From contig OX597814.1 in NCBI GenBank assembly GCA_951406725.2, forward strand, positions 196,912,001-196,976,000: DNA of 64,000 bases, in the 5' to 3' direction. The position numbers were made by a program, and so were the translations under genes. Within the stretch, counting starts at the first letter, position 1; every line of letters begins with the position of its first letter. Under the pieces are notes generated by a model. The model was given only the letters and a program-made list of their open reading frames with translations, ran no database searches and had not been told where the DNA came from. This stretch comes from Octopus vulgaris (lineage: Eukaryota). This document shows, in pieces, positions 1 through 13,537 of the stretch.

Positions 1-798
1 GAGAGAGAGAAAGAGAGAGAGAGCCAGACAGACAGACAGACAAACAGAGACAGAGAGAGAGACAGACAGACATGTATATACAGATAGATAGATAGATACA
101 TAGAAAGGCACGCACAAATAGAAGTGTGAAAATCCGTAGACATGTTAATACGCAACGAGTGTATTTCACGCTTATACTCTACATCAACAGGTACCTTACA
201 TTTTATCTCCAGTTTCCCGCTATAAAGTGAAGGCTTCATGTTTCACTTGTAACAAGCGGATACTGTTCTGTGGAAGGAAGGTTCGTGAAGATTCTCACGC
301 TTTTTTATTGATGTATGTGAAGAAATCCTTATAGGGAACCTAACTTAGGAGTTACAATATTAATGTTGCCATGTTTTCCTGCTGATTACGGAGATTAATA
401 CGGTTGCTGTGTGACTATATAGCAAGATTTTTAGAAGATTTTTTAGCTAAATGATACGAACGAAAACTTGTAAGTAAGTCCTCGTGAAACTGTTGCTTTC
501 TGAATATGTTTTGTATGTTCATGTGCCTTTGTGAGCATGTGTGTGTAACATAGATGGAAATATATATTATACACAGTGCAAAAGTTATATGATATAGAGG
601 TCAACAATGAGTGGACGTACTATCTTTATTATATCAAAAAGTGATAATCTCCTTCTGCCAAAATAGTAAGCCGGGCGAACTGTTAGATTCTAATATAAAG
701 ACACGCAGCAACACCTCTCCACACACATGCGCAAATACACACACATATACACAGATATGCACAAACAAATATGTACATAACTATTACTCTCTCCCTGG

Positions 799-800
<2 letters not shown>

Positions 801-872
<72 letters not shown>

Positions 873-975
873 GTCTATCTATCTGTCTATCTGTTTGTCT
901 GTCTGTCTATCTATCGATCTGCCTGTCTGTCTGTCTGTCTATCGATCTATCTGTCTAGCTATCTATCTATCTGTG
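801..975. repeat. (ATCT)n/(GTCT)n tetranucleotide microsatellite
   Basis: Direct reading; explains the YLSI-type ORFs. Confidence 0.95.
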
Positions 976-1591
976 TCTCTCTGTAAATACACACACACAT
1001 AATTAGGAAACTGATATGAATTAATGTATATACATGTGAACACGTATACATACACACACACACACACAAAGAGACAGACACTCACACAAACAGACTGACA
1101 CACCTACACACATATACATACATACACGTATAAATTAAATTCGGAAATAAAGTATACATCGCTATGTGCACACAAACACACACACGTACGCACACACATA
1201 CACACAGTCACATATAGGCACATATATACACGCATTGTAACATCATGCTAGCCCACCCACTAGAAATAGCGACAAAATCTCCCCCCTCAAATAATGACCC
1301 TCAATCTTCAATAATTATGGGTCACATTGTAAATAAAGTCCTCCATAGACAGTGATCTTCGGATGGACACGGGTTTCACAATTAGTCGACATGGTGAACG
1401 GTGGCTTCGGGGCCGAAAAAACTACAAGTCCATTGGTTGATCAATTGATGAATAATTTTGAACATAAACACACATACACATTTATATACACACGTCTGTT
1501 GTACAGCGTCTAGGCATCGTGTGTGCCTGCGTATAGGTATTTATATATCTATATCTGTATACATACATGTGCTAATAATTTCTATGCTAGA

Positions 1592-1622
<31 letters not shown>

Positions 1623-1644
1623 TTATTGCATACGCACGCAATAT

Positions 1645-1702
<58 letters not shown>

Positions 1703-1844
1703 TACTTACATACATACATATATACATACATAAATACATACGTTCATACATACATACATACATACACATACCTATATATAGATATATATATACACACATA
1801 CATACATGTCGACGTGTGTATGAGTATGCATCAATTTTTGTCCT

Positions 1845-2274
1845 TGTCGAAGACGATAACCTCAACGCAAAACCGGCTTGTATATCTAGATGAGTGGGCA
1901 GGTTGGGTCTGCCTCGCTCGGACGTGACGTATGAGTCCTAGCAGACCAAACGAGAGAGGAATCCTACTTCGCATCAAGGTGCCATACGAGGGACACTTGT
2001 AGCTTTAAGTTTGCCAAGTAGACGTTTCCTCTCAGTAACCGCAGTTCTGTTGCTGCTTGTTGCTTGGACACCCCTATAAATTAAACTGTTCCGGGGGAGT
2101 AATTTGGGGACAAGCTTTCCCTAGGATTCTAGTACGATACTCAGGTATTTTAGAGATAGTTCTATGCAGTGCTTCAGCCTCTTCTTTGGCCCCGCATCAG
2201 CGGGTTTTCCCTGATAGTGTCCGTTACAGGAGAACTGCTTTGGGATGCGGTAGCCTGGCCTATCTTTCAACGCA
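1845..2274 (+). mobile_element. possible solo LTR (~430 bp GC-richer island)
   Basis: Starts TGTCGAAGA, ends TCTTTCAACGCA (imperfect inverted ends, TG..CA), internal TATAAA at ~2074; no TSD found. Confidence 0.25.
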
Positions 2275-3078
2275 TGAGTAAAAAGTACAATCTACAGATG
2301 AACAAATTTTGATTTACGACGGTTGTATGCAAATAAATGTGTACATATATGTGTGTGTGTGTTTTAAAGTGCGTCTGTACATATATATAAGGAAATATTT
2401 TATTTAGACTTACACAGCGACAAAATCTGTTATGCCAGTCCTATACATGAATACTTGAATTCTGCAAAAACTGGTATCACACGCCTTCTTACATAAAATC
2501 TGATAAACTGCAAGCATGTGGCTATGTATATCGGATCAATACTGACATTTCTAAGGAGGTATATGTATGTATGAATGTATATATGGTCATAGGTATATAT
2601 ATGAATATATTTATATTTTTTCTCTGTTTGTGTGTGTATGTAGGTTTATATTATAATGTTAGTGTGTAGCAGAGATTTCGTTGTTACAGCTCCGTTCAAC
2701 TGAATATTATTTTTTAATAATATTTGCAGAGGCACTGATAAGACTGCAAGTGGTAAATTTTTTTTTTTTTACATTCTGTGAGAGTGTTGCTGGCGACTGT
2801 ATCAGCTGCTTCATCACCCATCAAAAATCGTTCAAGTGGATGGGCACGCTGTCGTATTTGGAGAGGCGAAACAAGCCGGCAGGTGAAGAAGAAGAGAAAG
2901 AAGGAGAAGAAAAGAACACAGCCAAGTATCTTAAAAAACAAAAAGAGAAACATTTTTCAATGAATATATTTAAACAATACAACTGCCACAACAACAACAA
3001 CAACCAACGAACAATAACAACAACAACAACAACAACAACTACTACTAATATTACAACAACAATTGCATTTATTTAAAA

Positions 3079-3130
3079 TACTAACAGAGAATAAAACAAA
3101 AAAACCTTCTACCTTCTTACCCAGGTAAGT
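3079..3130 (+). other. strong splice donor CAG|GTAAGT (exon end at 3124) preceded by TACTAAC and a polypyrimidine tract; 5'UTR exon end or recursive splice site
   Basis: TACTAAC 3079-3085, CCTTCTACCTTCTTACC 3105-3121, CAG|GTAAGT 3122-3130; upstream 2800-3070 is GAA/CAA-rich, UTR-like unique sequence. Confidence 0.5.
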
Positions 3131-3268
3131 CAGTTCCCTATTTTCATCATTCTCAGTCTCTCTTTCTTTCTTCCTTTTTTCTTTCTCTCTCTCTTTCTCA
3201 CGATGTCCGTCATCTTATCTATCGAATTATCTCTCCATCAATTTAACTCTCCCTCTTTGCCTTTCTAC

Positions 3269-3745
<477 letters not shown>

Positions 3746-4070
3746 ATCTAGATATATATACCTCTTGGTATATACCTATTTGTCTGTTTATCTGTATATC
3801 TATATGTCTATATACTTACGTATCTATCTAGTTATTTATCCACATCATTCTCCTCTCCTTCTCCCTCTCTATCTATCTCTCAACTTGCTTATCTATCTAT
3901 CTCTCTATCTACCTTTAGCCTAGCTCTGTTGAAATCTAATCCATCCTCTACTTTTTCATTTTGTTCTTTCTTTTTCTTTTATGACGTTCTTCTTTTTCCT
4001 TGTCACTCTTCCTTTCGTTCCTTCAATATTCTTACTCTCTCTTTTTCTGCTTCTTTTTTTTTCACCCCTA

Positions 4071-4071
<1 letters not shown>

Positions 4072-4101
<30 letters not shown>

Positions 4102-4290
4102 CTTCTTCTTCTTCTTCTTCTTCTTCTTCTTCTTCTTCTTCTTCTTCTTCTTCTTCTTCTTCTTCTTCTTCTTCTTCTTCTTCTTCTTCTTCTTCTTCTT
4201 CTTCTTCCACTTCTTCTTCTTCTTCTTCTTTTCCTTCTTCCACTTCTTCTTCTTCTTCTTTTCCTTCTTCCACTTCTTCTTCTTCTTCTT
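4072..4290. repeat. (CTT)n trinucleotide tract
   Basis: Direct reading; source of the poly-F/S/E/K ORFs. Confidence 0.97.
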
Positions 4291-4501
4291 CGTCATCATC
4301 GTCGTCCTTTTTCTTTCTTCTTATATTACTTGCCCAGCAAACTCCTTCGCCGCATTCCTTCAGGTTCTCTTTATGTCGTCAGTTCCAAATGCCGCAAGAC
4401 TAACTTTGCTTTTCGTTCATTTTCGGTTCGATAAAATAAATACCAGTCAACTGCTGGGCTCGACTTAATCAAATAACCACCCCCGCAAAAATCTGCGTAG
4501 G

Positions 4502-4554
<53 letters not shown>

Positions 4555-4555
<1 letters not shown>

Positions 4556-4731
4556 TTGGTTTGGCTCAGGTTCGGTCTTATTCTTCGTAGGAACTATGTG
4601 GATAGAAGGTTACTGTCTGTAACCTTAGGTATCCACATGTTTAAGCGGTCTTTCAAGTGCTTAGAACCCTTTAGGAGCTCTATTTGGCATTCTGCTTCAA
4701 TCTCCTTCGACTATTTCTCTATATCTTGAGT

Positions 4732-4733
<2 letters not shown>
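4555..4733 (-). mobile_element. R4/Dong-like retrotransposon 3' end remnant between (TAA)n tracts
   Basis: Minus strand reads ..KEIEAECQIELL..VLST*, then a GGTTAC..GTAACC hairpin and a (TAA)n tail; (ATT)n on both sides. Confidence 0.5.
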
Positions 4734-4784
<51 letters not shown>

Positions 4785-4828
4785 ATTATTATTATTAATA
4801 TCATTATTATTATTATTATTATTACAAA

Positions 4829-5010
4829 GGCGGCGAACTGGCAGAACAGTTAGCGCGCTGGACAAAATGCTCAACGGTATTTCGCCCGTCGCTCCGTTCT
4901 GCGTTCAAATTCCGCCGAGGTCGACTTTGTCTTTCATTCTTTGTAGGTCGATAAAAATGATAAGTAGGTCGATATAATTGATTTATGCCTTCCTCCAAAA
5001 TGGCTGCCCT
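4829..5010 (+). mobile_element. tRNA-derived SINE family A (GGCGGCGAGCTGGCAGAA head; Meta/MESC-like CCTTTCATCCTTTCGGGGTCGATAAA..GTACCAG domain)
   Basis: A-box-like TGGCAGAACAGTT and B-box GTTCAAATTCC; matches more than 20 other copies in the window. Confidence 0.85.
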
Positions 5011-5460
5011 TGAGGAAGCTCTGAAACTCTCTGAAACCTTTATTAAGCATCGTTTTTTTTTATATAACGTATCATTTGGAAAGGAGAGCGAGGGTGGAGA
5101 AGAAAGTGCTATCTCCCGGTGAATTATTGAAGATAAGGGTGACCGTGCCAAAAAATGGTTAGAGTCAACGACACTTCTCTAAGTATGTGACTGCATACTG
5201 GATAGCAGGAGAGGCGGTTCATGGGGCCAGGGTAAATCTGGATCTTTGGGGTTCCTTGGTTGGCCCTAGTTGGGTTTTCTCCTGGATTACCACTGCATCC
5301 TTCATGTTATCACACACTTTGTATACTCCACATACTTTGATTGCATCTCGCTGTCCTTTCCACTAAATTCTCGCCATCCTTTATGTAAATCCTCACATAA
5401 ATTCTAGTCGCTCCTTGTGATGTCCACTATATTGATGTCCCTGAGTCTAATAGAAGAAAC
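5010..5460 (-). mobile_element. probable 3' end of a non-LTR retrotransposon
   Basis: Minus strand: degraded ORF end (..KERLEFM/EDLHKGWREF..), UTR, AATAAA and a short GTTTCAGA repeat tail; truncates the SINE to its left. Confidence 0.3.
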
Positions 5461-5505
<45 letters not shown>

Positions 5506-5506
<1 letters not shown>

Positions 5507-5725
5507 GGCAGAAATGTTAGCACGCCGGACGAAATGCGTAGTGGTATTTCGTCTACCGTTACATTCTGAGTTCAAATTCCGCCGAGGTTGACTTTGCCTT
5601 TCATCCTTTCGGAATTGATAAATTAAGTACCAGTTACGCACTGGGTCGATGTAATCGATTTAATCCGTTTGTCTGTCCTTGTTTGTCCCCTCTGTGTTTA
5701 GCCCCATGTGAGTAGTAAAGAAATA

Positions 5726-5767
<42 letters not shown>

Positions 5768-5880
5768 TCAAATTCCGTCGAGGTAGACTTTGCCTTTTGT
5801 CCTTCCGGGGTCAATAAATTAAGCACCCGTTGCGCACTGGTGTCGATGTAATCGACTTGTCCTCTTCCAGCAGAAAGGAT
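5506..5880 (+). mobile_element. two SINE family A copies separated by (ATT)n
   Basis: GAGTTCAAATTCCGCCGAGGTTGACTTTGCCTTTCATCCTTTCGG..AAGTACCAG at ~5568-5633; second partial copy at 5767-5880. Confidence 0.85.
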
Positions 5881-5917
5881 TATTATAATTCTTCTTCTTC
5901 TCTTTCTTCTTCTTCTT

Positions 5918-6002
<85 letters not shown>

Positions 6003-6133
6003 TATTATTATTATTATTATTATTATCATTATTATTATTATCATCATCATCATCATCATCATCATCATTATTATGATTATTATTATGATTATTATTATTA
6101 TCATCAACATTATTATTACTATTATTGTTATTG

Positions 6134-6198
<65 letters not shown>

Positions 6199-6880
6199 TT
6201 GCGTCTACATCTATTAATACTACTCCTTTTTTCTTTTTTTATCTTTTACGCTGTCTTCATTCATCCGTCTGCTTCGCTCCCTTCCCTTCCCCACTCCACT
6301 CCTCCTCCTCCTTTTATTATTGTTGTAGTTCTTCTGTTGACGTTGCCAATAGTAACAGGATACAGAGAGAAAGATGAACTTGATGAAATCGATAACACTG
6401 AACATCACAATGATAACAATGAGGACTATTATTATTATTATTATTTTGCACCTTCTCCTGCTGCTGCTGCTGCTGCTGCTGCAAGTAGGTTGCGTGGCGT
6501 GCAGGGGGAAGGGGGCGAGGCACGCTGCAGCGGCGACGGTAGTGATGCTGGCAGTGGGTATAGTGGTGATGCTAGCAGTGGTGGTGGTAGTGTTGGTGGT
6601 GGTAGTGGTGGCGGTGGTGATAGTGGTGGTGGTGGTGGTGGTGGTGGTGGTGGTAGTAGTGGTAGTGATGGTGGTGGTGGTGGTGGTGGTGGTGGTGGTG
6701 TTTGTGGTGGTGGTGGTGGTGGTGGTAGTGGTGGTGGTGGTGATGGTGGTGGTGGTGGTGGTGGTGGTGATGATGATGATGACGACGACGACACCGACAA
6801 CAGCTGATCAGTACGATCGTACGGAACCTAATGATCGGCAACGTTGCTATTGACAATAAGGAAGCCTGTGATGATGATGA

Positions 6881-6914
<34 letters not shown>

Positions 6915-6990
6915 GGCGATGACTATCCATCACCATCTTCTTCTCCGTCATTAAAATTCTCATCTTCATCATCATCATCATCATCATGCG
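5880..6990. repeat. mosaic of trinucleotide tracts (TCT, TAT, CAT, AGT, GCT, GGT, GAT)
   Basis: Direct reading; generates the 325-aa homopolymer ORF 5830-6807. Confidence 0.9.
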
Positions 6991-7031
6991 TGGTGTATGC
7001 GTGTCAGTGCATATTTGTCTGCGTGTGTGTA

Positions 7032-7083
<52 letters not shown>

Positions 7084-7087
7084 TACA

Positions 7088-7158
<71 letters not shown>

Positions 7159-7164
7159 TCTTCT

Positions 7165-7550
7165 CTTTTTACTCTTTTACTCGTTTCAGTCGTTTGACTG
7201 TGGCCATGATGGAGCACCACATTTTAGTTGAGCACATCGACTCCAGGACATATTCTTTGTAAGCCTAGTACTTATTCCATCGGCCTCTTTTGCTGAAACG
7301 CTAAGTTACAGGGACATAAACACACCAGCATCGGTTGCCAAGCGATGTGGAGGGGGGGGGGGGGGCAAACAGGCACACAATGATATGCACACACATACAT
7401 ATATATATATATATATACATATATACGACAGGCTTCTTTCAGTTTCTGTCTACCAAATCCACTCACAAGGCTTTGGTCGGCCCGAGGCTATAGTAGAAGA
7501 CACTTGACGAAGGTGCCATGCAGTGGGTCTGAACACGGAACCATTTTGTT
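7165..7550 (-). mobile_element. tRNA-derived SINE family B (CORE-like, internal (TA)n, CAGTCAAATGACTG-type tail)
   Basis: Reverse complement of the family-B copy at 7555-7950. Confidence 0.85.
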
Positions 7551-7554
7551 CATA

Positions 7555-7950
7555 GGTGCAGTCGTAGCTATGTGGTAAGAAGCTTGCTTCCCAAGCACAT
7601 GGTTCCAGGTTCAGCAGATCCACTGCAGTGGCAACTTGGACATGTGTCTTCTACCATAGCCCCGGACGGATTAAAGCCTTGTGAGTAGATTTGGTAGACG
7701 GAAACTGAAAGAAGCCCGCCGTGTATATATATATATATATATGCATGTATTTGTGCGTCTGTATATTTCCGCACCTACTATCACTTGACAACCGATGCTG
7801 GTGTGTTTACGTCCCCGTAACCTAGCGGCAAAGAGACCGATGGAAGTACTAGGCCTACAAACAATTAGTCCTGTGTTCGCTTTGTTTGACTAGAGGCGGT
7901 GCTGCAGCATGGCTGCAGTCAAATGACTGAAACAAATAAAATAATAAAAG
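7555..7950 (+). mobile_element. SINE family B
   Basis: TAGCTATGTGGTAAG A-box, GGTTCAG B-box-like, CTTGGACATGT CORE-like motif, tail GGCGGTGCTGCAGCATGGCTGCAGTCAAATGACTGAAAC. Confidence 0.85.
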
Positions 7951-8155
7951 AATATATATATAAGTTTGTATATACATATAGACACACGCATACATGTATA
8001 CAAGCCTGCATAATACCAGTGCTATCTCATTAAAATTTACGATTTATATTGCTTTTAAGTTTTGGTACGGGTCAAGTAATTTTGAGGGGGCAGTTCGTCG
8101 ATTAGGTCGACCCCAGTCTTCAACTGGTACTTATTTTATCGACAGTGAAAATAAA

Positions 8156-8690
8156 TGAAATGCAAAGTCGACTTTGGTTGAATTTGAACTTAGAATTTAA
8201 GACGGACAAAACGCAGCCAACACTTTAACCGGCGTGCTAACGATTCTGTCAGTTCTCCGCCTTATTTACAACAAATATTCTAATTAAAATTGTTATTGTT
8301 ATTGTGGGTGTTGTCCCACACCCAAACGCATGCTCTCTCCCTCTCTCTTTCTCTCTCTCTCTCATACACATACACACACATGCACATACCCGCATTACAA
8401 TTTTACATACATGCACATGAAATACAAAGTCAACCTCTGCTGAATTTGAACTCAGAACTTTAAGACGGACAGAACGCAGCCAAGCACTTTAACCGGCCGG
8501 CTAACGATTCTGAGAGTTTGCCGCCTTACGACAAATATTCTAATTAAGATTGTTATTATTATTGTGGGTGTAGTCCCACATCCAAACACATGCCCTCTTT
8601 CTTTCCCTCTCTCTCTCTTTCTCTCTACCTCTCTCTATATATACATACACACAAACACATACCCACATTACACATTTAGATATATGCATA
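8156..8690. repeat. old tandem duplication (~261 bp x2) of a SINE-A head plus unique flank
   Basis: 8156-8416 and 8417-8690 share ACAAATATTCTAATTAA-ATTGTTATT..TGTGGGTGT-GTCCCACA and the SINE segment. Confidence 0.85.
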
Positions 8691-9050
8691 TGCATATACG
8701 CACCCCTTATTGATTTCTACTTCTGATGTGCCTAAATTTAGTAAACCTTACTTACGGAATCTATAACATAAGTTAGTAGTCGAGATCTGTCATGAGACTT
8801 AGCTATTAGGGTGTTGTGATCCTCATGATCATAAGGGTGCGAGTTTAGTTACTGGGTCAGACATCACAAGTCACATCCTTAATCAAGTTGCTTCATTTCA
8901 CGTTTCTCCAGTTTGTTCCGCTACAAGTGAGCATCACCCAGACGCTAGTGCATCTGTCTGTCTACCTCCAATCGCCGCACCCTAGATAATCCGATGGACC
9001 GAGAATGGAAGGGCTGTGAGTGTACCCATGTCTACTCAGGATTATATAGA

Positions 9051-9438
9051 TGGATGGAAGCACTCCGTCGGTTACGACGACGAGGGTTCCGGTTGATCCG
9101 ATCAACGGAACAGCCTGCTCGTGAAATTAACGTGTAAATGGCTGAGCACTCCACAGACACGTGTATCCTTAACGTAGTTCTCGGGGATATTCAGCGTGAC
9201 ACAGAGAGTGACAAGGCTGGCCCCTTGAAATACAGGTACAACAGAAACAGGAAGTAAGAGTGAGAGAAAGTTGTGGTGAAAGAGTACAGCAGGGATCACC
9301 ACCATCCCTGCCGGAGCCTCGTGGAGCTTTAGGTGTTTTCGCTCAATAAACACTCACAACGCCCGGTCTGGGAATCGAAACCGCGATCCTACGACCGCGA
9401 GTCCGCTGCCCTAACCACTGGGCCATTGCGACTCCACT
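9051..9438 (-). mobile_element. full-length, young tRNA-derived SINE family C with 12-bp TSD
   Basis: Head TGGCCCAGTGG (A box)..GGTTTCGATTCC (B box); TSD GGATTATATAGA 9039-9050 / GGATAATATAGA 9439-9450; CpGs intact. Confidence 0.9.
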
Positions 9439-9878
9439 GGATAATATAGACACCTGAAACGATTAACGTAAGCATGGTACACACTACTTAACTGCACTCG
9501 TTCACGTGTGATGCTTAGTTGTACCGTGCTGTATGGTACTTCTTAACGATTTCGCACGATTGTGCCCTAGTTAAAAGCCGAACAGCTGATATCACGCGTT
9601 GAACGAATCTGGCTATCAGCTGATTTTATCGCGGAGATGGACAAGCTGCGTTCCTTTACTACTGAAGGACCCGGTGTTAATAGCGAATGAAGTTATGTAA
9701 TGTACGTGTCAGGGAAAATTTGAGGATTAGGCATCTGAGTTCCAATTTTGCCATGGTCAGCTTTGCCTTTCACATTGTTTTGGCTGATAAAATAATTTAC
9801 AAGATGGACACTGGGGTCAATGTGATAGACTTAACCCTTTCCCGAAATTGCTAGCCTTAGACCAACTTTGAAATCAAT

Positions 9879-10043
9879 TATTTACATTATTTACATTTTT
9901 TTAAATTTGACGGATATTTGTCCTCATCTTGTTTGCTGTTAACACAACGTTTCGGCTGGTATACTCTCCAGCCTTCATCTGGTGTCTTGTTAACAACAAA
10001 CAAGATGAGGACAAATATCCGTCGAATGTAAATAATGTAAATA
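9879..10043. mobile_element. palindromic Penelope-pLTR-like element with a hammerhead motif in the loop
   Basis: Arms 9879-9944 and 9988-10043 are reverse complements; the loop contains the HHR motif on the minus strand. Confidence 0.7.
9941..9986 (-). ncRNA. type-I hammerhead ribozyme motif, U4>A mutant
   Basis: GACAC-CAGAUGA-A-GGCUGG(AGAGUAUA)CCAGCC-GAAA-CG-UU-GUGUU. Confidence 0.65.
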
Positions 10044-10518
10044 CTGAAAATAATGTACATAATTTCTCATCTCTTAAATATAGAACTGTATTTGAATTCA
10101 ATGTTTTACATCAGAAGTTTCATTTGCGTTGTTACACTACCACCTGATGTACCTCCGTGTTCCAGCGATGTATGCAAGGGCTGTGGGGATTGGTATAATA
10201 CATCAGGTGGTGTTTTATTAAGGGGTTGTGCTTTTTGTTTCTCGTTGAATTAGTGTTTGTTCTGTTGCGGCTGGGGGGTGTAATGTGGGTGGTATTATCT
10301 CATTACGTTTTAAGCTTATATAGTATACGTTGCACGGGTGGTGTTGTTTATTATACAGAGCGTGTGTGTGTGTGTGTGTGTGTGCGTTTGTGTGTATGTG
10401 TGTGTGTGTGTGTTGCGTATGAACAGTGTTCTACTTGAATTATTCTATTGAATCGTGAACTATCATCATCCTCATCACCAACACCACCATCATCATCATC
10501 ATAATCATCATGACTATC

Positions 10519-10550
<32 letters not shown>

Positions 10551-10596
10551 CATCATCATCATTGTCATCATGATCATCATCGTTACTATTTTTTGA

Positions 10597-10852
10597 GGGA
10601 GGCGAGCTGGCAGAATCGTTAGCACGATGGACGAAATGCTTATCAGTTTTTCGCCGTTCGCTACGTTCTAAGTTCAAATTCCGCCGAGGTCGACTTTCAT
10701 CCTATCGGGGAATCGATAAAATGAGTACCATTCGAACACTAGGGTCGATGTAATGGACTCATCTCCTCCCTCAAAACTGCTACCTTTGTGGCAAATTTGA
10801 AACCATTATTATTATTATTGTTGTTGTTGTTGTTATTATTATTATCATTATA

Positions 10853-10905
<53 letters not shown>

Positions 10906-11027
10906 AGGTGCCGAGCTGGCGGAATAGTTAGCGCGCCGGGCAAAATGCTCAGCGATATTTCGTCTGTCTTTACGTTCTGAGTTCAAATTCCGCCGAGGAC
11001 GACTTTGTTTTCATACTTTCGAGGTCG
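10597..11027 (+). mobile_element. two SINE family A copies (10597-10805, 10907-11027) around (ATT)n
   Basis: GGCGAGCTGGCAGAATCGTTAGCAC..GTTCAAATTCCGCCGAGG. Confidence 0.85.
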
Positions 11028-11617
11028 TGAGTAGTAGTAGTAGAGGTGGTAATTGTAGTAGTTGCATATTGGCTGAGGAAGACCGTTAGAATTTCAGTAA
11101 AAGAAAAATATAATGTTGTATGATAGTTATTTTGTTTTTGTTTTTTTCATATTCTAAGTTCTTATTTCTTGGAGGTGAATATTTAATTTCATTCTCCAGG
11201 TTGATAAAGGCGAGTACTTGTCCATTAATGGGTTTAATGAAATCGAGTGACCCATTTCCTCAAAATTGCTGGTCTGTTGTCCATGACCCAGACCTTAAGG
11301 AATCAAGGACGTTGCAGAATTAACTTCCTAATGGCGAGGTCTGGTTATACATTATACACAGTGTAAGGAAAACAACCATGAAACTCAGAAACAAAATGAA
11401 AGGGTGTAAGGGAGATGGGCACACTGGACCAATCAGAGAACACCATAGAGAAACAAGGTCACGCAGCTTTTCCAGCATGGGCTTCCGGCTTACAAACAGG
11501 CATTCCGTGAAGGCTCATTCAACACGAACGCTCACAACAGTCTCAACAAATTTATTTGCGCTGAACGTACGTAGTAGTAGTAGTAGTATTAGTAGTAGTA
11601 GTAGTAGTAGTAGTAGT

Positions 11618-11675
<58 letters not shown>

Positions 11676-12375
11676 AATGTGGTGGTGGTGGTGATGATAG
11701 TAGCGGTAGTAGTAGTAGTAGTAGTAGTAGTAGTCCTAAAGTGATGTAAGCGATGGCAACACGAAGACATCTATATATTCTACGATTGTCTTCTGAGGGG
11801 AATCAGAGACATTCATCTCGTTCCTATTCCAAATTCTTTTCACTCAGTGATGTTAACCTTATTACTTTCATTCTACGCATTCTTTCATATATAGATCGAA
11901 CCTCTCCATTTCATTCAGCAAATCAGCCTTCATTATTTTCTGTGGTTTGTCACAGTCTCTTTCTGTGTGTCTGTTTGCCTGTCAGTCTGTCTCTCTCTCT
12001 CTCTATATATATATCTTTCTCACACACACATACATATATGAAAGAACACAAATGGGTTACCGTTCGTTAAGCTGTTCCACTTGTTCCATGTATGTAAGTG
12101 GTAGAACAAGACTGTACAGATATTAATATATGCTCGAGTGTCCATATATTCTCTACGTATGCAGATATGCCATCCCCCGTCTCTCCGTTAGTCTCATTAT
12201 TATTAAAATACATGGCTCATTTGGATCCTGCAAACAATTAATTATCTATAGGATCCCTGAATTAAATTTTGAAGGATATCCAATGGCATGTGCATCCATG
12301 CTGTGGATGATATCACGTAGCGAAATATTGTAAACGGGCTTTAAGCGACATATTATATTATATATATATATTTAT

Positions 12376-12575
12376 ATATAGTGGAAATTTACAGAAAAAC
12401 TAGAGATGAAGACAGGTGTATAAACAACAAGCGGTTGTATTAGTTTGACGCAAGGGAAGGTGAGAATGTGAGAAAGTCTTTTATGTTTCGAGCCTACGCT
12501 CTTCAACAGAAAGGAACACGATGAAATACACTGAGAGAGAACACAAATGCGTGTAAATTTACCGATCAATCATGG
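12376..12575 (-). mobile_element. short HHR-bearing element (family H1), motif at 12476-12514
   Basis: Minus: CCUUU-CUGUUGA-A-GAGC(GUAG)GCUC-GAAA-CA-UA-AAAGAC; homologous to 14840-14945 and 40225-40410; abuts (TA)n. Confidence 0.65.
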
Positions 12576-13447
12576 TGACTGCATATTGTGTTTTGTGTTT
12601 CCCAGTTTCAGCTCTTGAGCTGTGGCCATGCTGGGTTACCACCATATATATATATATATATATATATATGTATTTTTGTATGTATACTTATATACATATA
12701 GATATGTACATACATATATGTCTACACACACACACATATATATATATGTATATATATGTATATATATATTTGTGTGTATGTACGTATATATATGCATGTA
12801 TATATATAGAGAGAGAGGGAGAGAGGGAGAGGGGGGCAGAGAGAGAGGAGATAGATTGGTGGATAGATAGATAGGTATTTCTAATTATACTTCTCTCTAA
12901 CGGTGTGTGTGTCTGTGTGTGCATGTGTGTATGTGTTTGTGTGTGTCCCCACTTCACCTATCAAAATCCATCCACCCATTTCTCTTATTAACCATCCATC
13001 CATCCATCCATTCATCCACCCGCCTACTCATAGATTTCTGATTAAGTAGACACACAATGAAGCCTGATACAAATTCGTGAAGAAAATCTATTGATATCAT
13101 GAAATTATCTGTCTAGTTTGTTGATTTCCTTATATGTTCTACTTAGCAAACTATCTCTAGATCTATATATATATGTCATCCTCTGTATTTGCTTTTTGCT
13201 TAGCTGTCTATTTGTGTATGTCTAACTGACAATAGTCACGCTATTCTTAACGTTTCTAGCGCGGTATCGCTCTAACGATAGCATCTAAATATCTACGGCT
13301 TTCTTTCTTTCTCAGTCTGTCTGTCTTTTTTTTTTCTCTCGTTGTCTCTCTCTGTCTCGACCCCTCCCTTTCTTCCTCTCTTCCTCTCGCTCTTTCTCTC
13401 TCTCTCTCGATATACATATATGGATTTATACATGTATATGCATATGT

Positions 13448-13484
<37 letters not shown>

Positions 13485-13503
13485 CATATATATGTATATA
13501 CAT

Positions 13504-13537
<34 letters not shown>

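Noticed and set aside
5830-6807. 325-aa ORF, the longest in the window (poly-S/Y/I/G)
   Set aside because: Starts at a non-ATG codon inside a SINE and consists of stop-free triplet microsatellites; no domain or splice support.
9360-9438. tRNA gene
   Set aside because: A/B boxes are present, but the sequence continues into a SINE body with TSDs and lacks a clean acceptor stem; same for 23330-23399, 56604-56672 and 57186-57262.
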